Under the pieces are notes generated by a model. That model had not been told where the DNA came from, did no database searches, and saw only the letters and a list, made by a program, of their open reading frames with translations. Shown here piece after piece: positions 10,101 through 20,000 of a stretch of 20,000 bases of DNA; position 1 is the first letter of the stretch; every line of letters starts with the position of its first letter. Origin of the DNA: Ancylonema sp. (Eukaryota); contig JBFLGF010000214.1 in the NCBI GenBank assembly GCA_050230475.1, positions 49,893-69,892 of the forward strand. Direction: 5' to 3'. Position numbers and translations under genes: made by a program.

Positions 10101-13100
10101 ATGTGACTTCCAACTTGCTCAATGCAGTCCCCCCAACAGTAGTGACCCACCCTGTGACCGACTTCCCAGTCATATTGCAGTTGTTCCAACTAGCATCACA
10201 GTACCCCTTGATCTCGAACCTCTTCCGCCTCACGTAGCATATTCCGTGATCCACTGTTCCCCTTAAATCTCTGAACACTTGGTGTAAGGCCTTGATGTGA
10301 GCAGTCCCAGGATTTCCCATGTGTTTTGGAAGTACCCCGAGTGCATGTGCAATATCCGGTCTGGTTTCATTGCATAAATGAGTGACCCAATTTTGCCCCG
10401 GAATTCAGTTATTTGTTCAGGTGTAGGGGGAGTCAGAGGTTCATCTTCTTGATGAAATGTCAGCCCAGGTGGTAAGGGTAGTTTTGTAGGGTTAGAGTTT
10501 GCCATCCCAAAACGTTCCAAGAACTTGCCTTATGAACCCTCCCTGATGCAACGTGAGCACCCCCTGTTGTCTGTCCCTTCACTTCCACCCCCAGGATATG
10601 GGTTGGCCCCAAGATCCTTCATTAATTTTCCCTGACAGTTGTTGTTTGAATGCTTTAATGACCATGGAATTTGGACCAACTATCACCTGATCATCTACAT
10701 GGATCCCCACTATGATTCGTGATTGTCCTATCCCCTTGGTGTATATGCATGTATCCATGATGCACTGTTTGAACCCTATACTGAGCACGAAGGCTGTGAA
10801 CATCTCACCCCAGACCTTGCTACTCTGTTTCAGTCCGTACAGTGCCCCCCTCATTCGCAAAACTTTTCCCCAGCCCCTCCCTCAATATAAATGGTGGAAT
10901 TTTCATGTATACTTCTTTCTCTTTCCGTCAGTCTTCCGTGCAAGAAAGCAGTGACCACATCAATCTGTTCAATTTCCCAACCCTCCTGATTCGCAATAGC
11001 TAGTAGAAGAGAGATAGAGGTTCTATCTACTACAGGTGCGAATATTTCATTTTAGTCAACTCCTTCTTGTTGTAGAAAACCTTGGGCGACCAGTCTGACT
11101 TTATATCGTTCAAGGGTTCCCGTGGGTGTGTATTTTGTTTTGAATACCATATTATATTTGCACCCCACAGCCCTTTTACCTGGTGGAAGTTCACACACCT
11201 CGGTGTTGAATTCCCCCAAGCTTTTAAGCTCCTCCTGGATGGCAGCTAACCACAGATCCCAGTCTGGCCGTGTCATGGCTTGGTTTAGCGTCAGAGGGTC
11301 GGAGGAGTCAGCAGACATGGCCACCATGCAAAATTCAGGGTCAGAGGGGCCGTTGAAGCGTGTGACGAAGCATGTTGCCTCCCACTCTTCGTCTTGAATG
11401 GCTGCTTCCAGCGCCTGGTCGTCGAACTCCTCCCCATCATATCAGACGACATCCCCAAAGTGGGCAAAGTTTGCCCTCCTCCTTCCCATTACTCTCTCAC
11501 CTATGCTCCCAACATCCGCCCCCTGGCCCCCCACTTCACCCCCTCCTTGAACTTCCTCCTCCTCGCCTGCCACACCTACGTTGTTGATCCCAGATTGACT
11601 ATCAGACAGCTCAATCACAGCGATGGGGACCTCAGCAGCTGGTGGGTGGCGGAAACTGCAATGCTGGGATCTGGGCTCTTGGGTTGTTGTGGGCTGCTGC
11701 TGCTGCATTGCTGCTAGCTCTGCTGCTGGCACCTCTCCTTGTCTTGGCACCCCTCCAGCCTTAGGCTCATCATCCGTGCCGGGGAACAGCTGGAAGAAGT
11801 GTCCATCTGCTTTGGCCTCGACCTGGGGATATCTCCCCCCCATGAGTCTCGGGTACCCCGGCACTTTCTCAAAGAAACGGACGTCTGTCCGCACCATCAC
11901 ACCGGCTTTGAGCGGGTCGAAGATGTTGTAACCTGTCTGATCTGCTGCCAGCCCAATGAATACCCCAAAAGCAGTCCTGGGAGCATACTTTTCCCCTTGT
12001 TTGTTCTTATCATGACCTACTTTCAAGTATTGCACTAGGCGGCCGAATGTGTGACTCCTGTCCAGTTTGATAGTGCGTCCAGTCCACTTCTCAATAGGGA
12101 TCCCCCCTGTCAATGAACTAGTGGGCTGTTCCTTAACCAGTTTGCATGTGTTAATGCCACATCCCAGTATGATTTTGGCAGTTTTGACCACATCAGCAGA
12201 CATCTCATCTTCTCCATCAATGTTCTGTTTAGTCGTTCACACATACCGTTTTGTTGTGGACTGTAGGGGGCAGTCAGTTCATGCTTGATGCCATTATCCT
12301 CATAATAATCTGTCCATTCCTTGCTGGTATATTCCCCCCCCCCATCTGTCCTGATCGACTTTAACGGCAGTCGTGACTCAACCTCCAGTTTCTGTACAGT
12401 GATGCGTGTTTGACTGAAGCATCGCTCTTGTGCTTAAGAGAGATACTGTAAACAGTCGAGAATTGACCTCTATCCCTGTGTGTGCGTACTGGAAACCTCC
12501 ATTGATGTGTCCAAAAGGACCTATCAGATCTAGATGCAACCTTCCCATTCTTGGCATAGTGGCCACATCATGTGCATGTCCCCTCTCTCCCATCTTCCCC
12601 ATGCAGCAGATCTCACAATCTCTAACCTCAGTCAACTCTCCCTGACTCAATCTCGGTATGTCTCCACGTCTGACCATGTCTGACATCGTGGCTGGAACAC
12701 CAGGGTGACCCAGCTTGCCATGCCAGAGCATGCCTATGGAGGAAACATTTGCTTGCAGACCAAATGAACCAGGCATGATGATAGATGCATGCAACAGTGA
12801 TAGACCATTCCTTTGTCTGCTGACATCAGCCCATTTCTGTCCATTCTTAGTGAGTTTAGGACCTTGTGGGGTCTGGGCAAAACTCAGTCCACCTCTCTGG
12901 ACGAGGCAGTTGGTGGACACCAGGGTCGCAGCGAATGTAGGGACGTGCATAGCAGTGAGAGGGACGACGAAGAAAGAGTCGTCGTTCTTCACTCGAATAT
13001 GTACGAAGCCTGTGCCCTCGACCTTGTGAGGCGTGCCGTCAGCCGTGTGGATGAATGAGTGCTGCATCGGGACGTTGGTGTCGTACTCGACGAAGTGGTC

Positions 13101-14028
13101 TTTGTTCGTGAATACGTGATCGGTCGAGCCTGAATCCAGCCACAGATGCGAGCAATCAGTTCCACCTGCCATGGCAATCCGTGCATCAGATGAGAATGCT
13201 GCATAAGCTAGGGTTTTGGATGCATCGATAGGTGTGTCTGAACGTGCAGCAAGTCGAGCCTGAGCTTGGTCACGAAGATTAGCATCAGGTACAGCCAATG
13301 CCAGGTCAGATCTACGCTTCATGCATTCTACCAATGTATGCCCGAGCTTATCACAGTATCTGCACTTTGGTTTAGGACTGCCAGTTCCCTGGCCAGCCGA
13401 TCTTCCACCTCCACCTTGCCGTTGCTGTCCACATTGCGACAGTCTGTGGCCGATCTGGTTGCAGCCATGGCACCTCATCGGCGGACGTGTAGGGCAGTCG
13501 GATTTTAGGTGGCCATATTGGTTGCAGCCGTAGCACTGAACTTCGTCAGGTCGCGACTTCCGGGACCGCCACTCCCATCAGGTCGACTTGGGCCAGTTCC
13601 GGAGCCACCCGAGTAACCCGAGGCGACCTCTTCAGCGTTGGCAATTTCGATGGCTCCCTGAATGTCGTAGAAAGACTTCAGGGCCTCCCACATCTCTGCA
13701 GCAGTCGTGCACTTCCTCACATGCGTCAGATCCCCCGTCTGGAGGTGTTTGACGATGTAGGCCATCGCACCGATATTCTTCTTCGACCAGACCTCTCGAA
13801 GGAGAGTCTGTCGACCGATGACCGTTCTAGCGACGTCCGCACATCCAGCGTATCGAGCTCATCCTACGTGACTGATGGAGACACGACAGGTTCTGCTTGC
13901 CTCGGGGATTTGCCCCAATTCATAACAATGTCATGCAGCTCCTTGTCTGCCAGACCGAACTTTATTTTAAAAGCCCATCCTTTATAGTCTGCTCTTGTGA
14001 AGACCGGAATGTACGAATTTTCCGTCAT
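10101..14028 (-). pseudogene. Copia gag-pol pseudogene
   Basis: Gag: MTENSYIPVFTRADYKGWAFKIKFGL (ATG at 14028), TTAAEMWEALKSFY, three CCHC knuckles. PR: WLDSGSTDHV. Pre-integrase: LWHGKLGH...CEIC. IN: LHLDLIGP and IRTDGGGEY-like. RT: YKVRLVAQGFLQQEGVD, ALYGLKQS, IHVDD. RH: GYCDASW...KSVTGW. Confidence 0.92.
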
Positions 14029-14233
14029 GTTAGGCAGCAGCTGAATTCTTCTGATGATCAGTTCTCAGCTGCTTTCTTAAGCGTGTTTCGTGCAGCGCAG
14101 CTCACACCTCAATCACTGGCAGCGCAATTCGAGGATTACGTGCAGTACTTAATAACCTCAACCTCAGAGTCTCTGCAGCGAATCGCGTGGAATGCCTGTA
14201 GTTATTGACGAGCGTCTTTAACTAGACCGCCTG

Positions 14234-14244
14234 TGGGCCCATAC
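14234..14244 (-). other. Putative copia primer-binding site (internal/half tRNA-iMet type)
   Basis: Minus strand GTATGGGCCCA resembles the GGTTATGGGCCCAG PBS of copia-type elements and lies just inside the predicted LTR end. Confidence 0.6.
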
Positions 14245-14253
14245 TTTTAGCAA

Positions 14254-14692
14254 TGTTACGTGATATGTGCAAGATCGTGTGAATCTTTCCGTACAAGGAA
14301 CATCGTCTCTCATAGATGATCAATGACAAGTATTGTGTTGGAAGAATTATTAGTGAATGGTCGGCATCGTGTAGGTATACCACGATGCCTCGTCCAAAAC
14401 AAGAATCTACAATGCCGACGGTCTATCTGCGGACCGTCGGCCTATCATAACACAACAACAGTCAGATCTGACAACGGCACATGCCGGACAGTCTGACAAG
14501 ACATAACGTCTAGATTCGGAACCATCTAGACCCGCACGTGCCACAAACGGCACAATCGAAACGTCATATGCGTGTGCCCGGACATAATTCCGGCCCCTCA
14601 ATATAAGCACACCCTAGGAATCCTACCGGTTACACTAACCGGTAGTCCGGACTAGCACACTAGCAAACATCGCTATCCGATATAATTCTACA
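14254..14692 (-). repeat. Putative 5' LTR of the copia element
   Basis: Minus strand starts TGTAGAATT exactly where the gypsy coding sequence breaks and ends ...CGTAACA shortly before the PBS-like motif. TATA-like CTTATATTGA near 14600. The inner boundary is uncertain by about 10 bp, with no second LTR to confirm it. Confidence 0.65.
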
Positions 14693-14693
14693 C

Positions 14694-14795
14694 TAGATCC
14701 TCCATGCTGTAGGCAAAGCGATCATTGTTCTCCCTCAGCAGCTCCAACATCAGCAGCTGGTCCCTCTCCATTAACCCCCCCCTAACCTTGATTTT
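14694..14795 (-). pseudogene. Gypsy-type segment immediately N-terminal to reverse transcriptase
   Basis: My translation KIKVRGGLMERDQLLMLELLRENNDRFAYSMEDL fits the L-x-x-L-L-x-x-x-x-D-x-F-A-x-S-x-x-D-L(G) motif preceding gypsy RT. It is cut off by the copia LTR. Confidence 0.72.
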
Positions 14796-14919
14796 CTTAA
14801 GATTCTCACAAAAAAACAGGTATTGGGTTTAAGGTCCCACCCTTAGTGCTCACTCCTACCCCTGAGTGCTCTCTACCATTCCCCCCAAACTTCCCCTATA
14901 AATCATTTTCTGCCTGCAT

Positions 14920-15236
14920 CCCCGGCTGTTGCTCTGGCATTCCCAGCCAGCCCCCACTATATCAACCTCCCCGTTCTGAGCAATCAGGTTCACGAGTGCC
15001 ATTTCGCCAATCAGCCCCACATCCTGTGGCAACCGATTCTCCCAACCAATGAATGCTCCCGTGTTGATCTGGCCCGGGTACTCAAGGATCAGCTTCCCGA
15101 TCACCCTCTCGTTGATCCGGTTGGAAATAGGGTCCCTCTCGGCGCACGACACCAGCCGCACCCTCAATTCTGCCGCCAAGGCTGCTCTAGTGCCCCCTAG
15201 ACCGATGCCACTGAAAAGCTCGACAATATGCGCTCC
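14920..15236 (-). pseudogene. C5 cytosine DNA methyltransferase domain, N-terminal half (within ORF 14856-15779)
   Basis: Motif I HIVELFSGIG (15201-15230), motif II CAERDP, motif III LPQDV and motif IV VDIVGAGWECQS (GWECQ at 14934-14948), in the correct order. Motifs VI-X not found. Confidence 0.85.
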
Positions 15237-16229
15237 CTCTTCGGCTGCCTCCTCCCTCAGGTTCACGACCCGGGTGTTGATCGGGGCTGCACCCCTCACT
15301 CGTGCCCCCACCCACTTCCGGGACCTCCTTGTTCTGGCCTTTCCCAACAACCTCTCCTTCGCCTTCAGCAGCCTCAAAGTTGCAACCGCTCGCCGTGCTG
15401 CATCCGCCTGCTGCATTGCTACAACGCGCAAATCTAACTCACTAGGCTCACCAGTCAGCTCCCCCAACCGTGGTTGGGGCTGGCTTTGCCGTGCGCTTTT
15501 CACAGCTACCCCACCCACCATTACCCTAAGGTCAGGTTGCACCACACTCGTGTGCTTCCCCCAGAGCTGAATCTCCCCCTCTACCCCCGTTCCCAGCATC
15601 TCCTGCGGTTGGGGCCCCAGCCGCGGTTGGCCCCCCTTCCCTTGGGCTATCTCCCAGTTGTGTAACCGCCATGCCCTCAAATTTCTCCCAGGCTTCCCCA
15701 TTACCCCCTCCATACCCCTCCTCAACCCACCCCGGACTTTTCCCACCCATCTTCTCCTCAAGCAAGAGGTTGGCCTCATCGAGTGCCACCCCTCGAGCTA
15801 TCTCCCCATCCACATCCCACCCCCGGGCTCCTTGCTCCTCCATGTGCTGCAGCAGAGTGAGCAGTGCCAAATTTTACACTTCCCCACCACCCCCTCACTC
15901 TCACCCCCCCCCATATCCCCCTCGTCCACCTCCTCCCACTCATAGGAAGTATCACTTTCCGCATCCTCACCATCTGAGTTGTAGCTTTCCGCATCCTCAA
16001 ACTGGCCCTCCTCAGCATCTGAGGTGTAGAGGTCAGATTGCATCTGCACCTCTCCCGTCCACTCCCTGTGCATCCTCCCCAACGCCATTTCCTGCATAAG
16101 CAGTGTCACGCGCACTACCGTGCACTCCTCCTGTGTCATCCTCCCTTGAGCAGGCAAAACCCCTCTAATCTTGCCCTGATCGATGGTAGTCCACCCTCCA
16201 AGTGAACACCTCTACCCATGAGTCATACA

Positions 16230-16530
16230 CCCCCCCAATAGGACCCATCACCTCCATCCCCAATAACACATCATAATACTCCGTGTCCACCACAAATGCC
16301 GTCTCCTCATACGTGGTTTCATAATGTGCCTCTAGGAGCCAGTGTAAAACTCAACTTGTCCCTAGTCATGCGCTGCCCCGTTGACATTTTCCCCGCTGCC
16401 GTGACGAACGAAACCCCCACCGTCACCTGCTCCTACGTTATCCCCATGCGCCTGGCCATCCGAGTGCTGATCATGGGTTTAGTGCCCCCCGAATCCAGGA
16501 TCACCATGCCCATTGGAGTGACGCCGTTCA
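16230..16530 (-). pseudogene. Retroviral-type aspartic protease of the gypsy-like element
   Basis: Active site VILDSGGTKPMIS, flap FVTAAG and frameshifted C-terminal motif YDVLLGME. Internal TAG at 16433. Confidence 0.85.
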
Positions 16531-17983
16531 CCACCAACTCCCTGTTTTTGACCGGAAGTGTCGCCACACCCCAGGGACCCTTCTTCCCCCCCCCTCCTAC
16601 CCAGCCAGCGTGTGGTGGATCTCCCTCCACTAACGACCTCAACCCCCCGTACTGGTCCATGTTTTTCTCCAGGACTTCAGCACGTGAAAGTTTCTCTCAA
16701 GGTTTTTGAACTTTTCTGCCAATAGGTTTGCTAGAAACTCCCCTTCCGGCCCCAAACCTTTCCCCATAACCTCGATCATATTTCCCTGGTCTATATATGT
16801 TCCTGATTCAGCCAGCTTTTTTATTTCCCTTATCACCTCCAGCCGGCCCGTCATGATTGGCGGAGTTTCTGCAAGTTTCCCGTCAAGATACTTGCTAGAT
16901 GCCTGTAGTTTCACCAACCTTTCCCTCTCCTTTGCATTGTGCACCACCTCCTGAATCCCCTCCTCCGCCACCTCTATGGAAACTGGCTCCCGGCCGTCTC
17001 TCCCGTACTCAACCCGTCAATCATAAGACCCAAATTGTAGATATGCTGCCTCCTGCAATGCCCTCCCCGCTGCAGTGTCCATTCCTGGAGGGTATCCTAT
17101 AGGCACCCTCAGAGTCCCACTCTCCCCAACAAACACAACTCGCGCACCTGACTCCATTGTTGATGGAGGGGTTGTCACACCCGTGACACTCATCCCCGGT
17201 CGAACCTGAACGGCTGGCCCTTTGTCGGCCCTCTCCGACGGATACAGAATGTCACGTGGCTGTGTGTTGTGCGCGAAGATCACCCTCCTAGGCTTCCCCG
17301 GATCCCTCTTCTCTGCAGCCGTTGCTTTTGCCGCAAGAACCCATGTTGCTTGCACTCCCCTCACCACTGCCTCCTCATGCTCCAAACGCTGTCCCACGTT
17401 CTGGATCACCCGCCTCAAATCATCCGCCCCCGGCGATCTTTGCCGGGGCCCTCCTTGAGTTGGCCCCATACCCTGAGGTCCCAGCCTGCCTGCTAGGCTG
17501 CTACCCTCTCCCCTCTCCATGCTCCGTAGCCTCTCGGAAGCTCGCAGTGGTCCAACAGTCCCTCCTCCAGATCGCCCTCCTCGAGCGCGTGGCGCCATCA
17601 TCTGAAATGGGGTCCTCACGTGCACCACTGGCACCTCCATGGCGACCCACACCTTTCCCACATAGAACCCCAGTTCCACTCCGTGAGCGTCACCCTCCTT
17701 ACCCACTCCCATCGCCATCATCTGGCGTGGGTAACCAGGGCTGAAGAACTCCTCATCTCCTCGCCCCAGCCTTAACTCAAACTCAGCACCCCTCCTCGCT
17801 GGTAGCCCTGGCACCGCCATTGCCAGCCCCTGTCGTGGGTGCTTAGCCGCAGGTGCTCCTCCCCCTGGGTTGTAGTTCTTTGGACGAAGCGCAGGGTGCT
17901 TCGCCCAACACTGAGCCTCAGTGTGGTTTTACTTATCGGAAAAGCTGCAGGGTGCCCCCTCCGTCATGTGGACCCGTGGCATG

Positions 17984-18784
17984 CAGGGATGCACCGGGAC
18001 GACAAAATAGTCTGCACACGCCGTTTTGCAAACGCGGACGTACGGAATACGTCCGTACGGCAAAAGTGTTGCAAACGTTTGCAAAACGTTTGCATTTTGC
18101 TAACGTTTTGCAAACGTTTGCATTTTGCAAACGTCCGCAAATTATTCCTAGAAAGGCCCGTTCCCGGCTAAACCGTAAACCTATTATATCCGGCGGACTC
18201 TCTATTTTGTCGTACCCCCAGTTTGTCCCCGTCAGTTTGTTGTATCCCCGTTTATGTCATCATTACATTTCCTCCGTGTTTTCCGTGTCCCCGTCGTTTT
18301 ATCCTGTAGCACGTCCCTATTTTATCGTACCTTCCGTTCCACAATCGTATCTTGGCCCGTAGCCCGTCTCCCGTTCCATCATAGATTATGTTTGTCGTGT
18401 GTGAGAAAGAATATTTCATCTTTCTGAGATATCTAGCATCTGACGGTTGAGCGTCGTTCACGACGTTGTCCCATCCCCCGATGCCGTCCAAATCCCCTGT
18501 TGTCAGTAGATTCTGTACACATTCACGTTCGAATCTACCTGTTAAAAAAAAAATCCGGAGTCATTAGTACAGACATGTACGGACTGTACGGACGCAAACG
18601 TTTGCAAGCGCAAACGTTTGCATCCGTACAATCCGTACCCGTTTGCCGCATTTCCACGACCGTATTCCGGACCTTTGCGGGCAAATCCGTACGCCGTTTG
18701 CATTTGCCAGGGCCGGCAGATTGCCCTCGGCCCCGTCCGGAAGACGTGCCGTACAGAAAACGGGCCCCGGCCCGGTGCATCATG
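17984..18784. mobile_element. Non-autonomous hAT element inserted in the gypsy gag region
   Basis: Imperfect TIR CAGGGATGCACCGGG / CCCGGTGCATCATG. 8-bp TSD GTGGCATG (17976-17983) / GTAGCATG (18785-18792). Subterminal GCAAACGTTTGC and CCGTAC arrays. Confidence 0.85.
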
Positions 18785-18841
18785 GTAGCATGGACATGGC
18801 AACCCTCCTTGCCGTCCCATATCTGGCGGCGAAGGGTGCTT

Positions 18842-19576
18842 TCAAACTGCGGCGAAGGGTCCTACTGTTGTGGTCTTAAGTGCTTCCCTTAGCCTCCCAA
18901 CCGTCTCCTCCCGCTTCCCAGTGGGACACTTCGTAGCTCTGTGCCCCAGCCCGTCACAAGTGAAGCACTTGATGGGGGTTCCCCCCCCCATCCCTCCTCC
19001 CCCAGTCCCAGCCCCTCCTCCCCCTCCATTCCCAGCCATTCCTCCCCCTCCATTCCCAGATCTTCCCCCGCCTCCACCTTCTCTCAGCTTCCCCTTCCCC
19101 TCCTCCCTTCTCCCCTCCTCCTTCGTCTCCTCCTTCTGACTTGGCAATACGCCAAACATCCGCAGCTCCGCATCCCGCGACATCTGCACTCTCTCCTCAG
19201 ATGTGGCAATGTCCCTGACATCTGCCATGCTCATCTTTGGGAGGCCTTCTCCATCCCGTCGCTGCTCCTCAGCCCTCAGCTTCGGGATGATCACCCGCTT
19301 GAGCCCTCCGGGAAGACAGTCCTCATAGAAACAGGTTGTCTGCCACGCACTGACCATATGCGGCACCAAATTGATGGTGATCCTCGAGAGATTATCATAG
19401 ATGGAGTTGGCGGTCGCCTCTGGTGTGGGCTTGTAGTTTTGTAATTCCACAAGCCACCTAGACCCAGCAGTGGCGAACCTGGTCTTCAGCTTCTGGAAGA
19501 ATCCCTCCAAATCAGCGGGTTTTGCCTGCAGGGGTGCAGCTGGTGGCCCCAGAAGTTCAGAGGTCAGCCGCATCAA
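18842..19576 (-). pseudogene. Gag (capsid-like region, Gly-rich linker and CCHC knuckle) of the gypsy-like element
   Basis: 244-aa ORF with LEGFFQKLKTRF...LQNYK, a Gly-rich stretch and CFTCDGLGHRATKC at 18926-18967. Confidence 0.8.
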
Positions 19577-20000
19577 CTGCCAGTTGGCCTTTTGCCCATA
19601 GTATAACCGGCTGCTAAAGGTATCGGGGCAGGATCTGGGGCTTGGTACAAAACGAGCTGAAGATCTGGCAGTCCAACCACGCCCTGTGAATCAACAAACT
19701 CTTGTAGCCCTGCTAATCGTGACCACGATCACGATCTATCGCGCGCGGAAGCACTACTAGAGTCGTCGCCACCACTTCCCCCTACGCTTGCTTATCTTCG
19801 AACCAAACGTTGATTCCGATCACGAGACCAGCCAGACATGAACGTCCTGACTTAGGTTAGTCCGAAAACTACCTCCTTGGGTTATCAGAACTAAACTACG
19901 CGCTGAAAATCTTGCTCAAAATCCGATTTTGACAGTTTTGCTAGCGTAGCATTACGCCAGAGTAAAATTACTGCGCAAGATATCTAACGCTGTCTCTAGA

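Larger units (their letters stand above)
10100..14692 (-). mobile_element. Ty1/copia LTR retrotransposon, decayed and 3'-truncated within RNase H
   Basis: Domain order gag-PR-IN-RT-RH on the minus strand, with a 5' LTR and a PBS-like motif. Many stops and frameshifts. No 3' LTR seen. Confidence 0.93.
14693..19720 (-). mobile_element. Decayed Ty3/gypsy-like LTR retrotransposon carrying a cytosine methyltransferase domain; RT, RH and IN lost beyond the copia insertion
   Basis: Minus-strand order: gag with CCHC knuckles, long spacer, retropepsin, acidic linker, C5-MTase motifs I-IV, then the pre-RT segment LLELLRENNDRFAYSMEDL-type. The upstream boundary is uncertain. Confidence 0.8.

Noticed and set aside
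14770..14845. Telomere-like CCCTAA / GGGTTTA words
   Set aside because: They are isolated single units within or next to the gypsy pre-RT coding frame, not tandem arrays.
14856..15779. Bacterial restriction-modification methylase or contaminant
   Set aside because: It is embedded between retropepsin and pre-RT motifs in intron-containing eukaryotic DNA, with no operon context or nuclease.
18020..18140. CRISPR-like repeat array (also considered for 3226-3514)
   Set aside because: There is no regular repeat-spacer period and no cas gene; the repeats lie inside elements bounded by TIRs and TSDs.

Overview
Eukaryotic DNA rich in introns and transposable elements (TEs), most consistent with a streptophyte alga or early-diverging plant (inferred from plant-type MATE intron positions and the TE types). 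Host genes: the 3' end of a spliced MATE/DTX transporter (1-876, +) and a spliced MYND zinc-finger gene (about 6590-9114, +) whose predicted exon 2 has an in-frame TAA. From 2959 to 6203 lies a nested cluster of non-autonomous DNA transposons (Tc1/mariner-like, hAT, MULE-like) with terminal inverted repeats (TIRs) and target-site duplications (TSDs) readable in the sequence. The right half is a decayed Ty1/copia element (about 10100-14692, -) inserted into a decayed Ty3/gypsy-like element (14693 to about 19720, -). The most notable feature is a C5 cytosine DNA methyltransferase domain (motifs I-IV, catalytic Cys retained) inside the gypsy polyprotein, between the protease and the start of RT.
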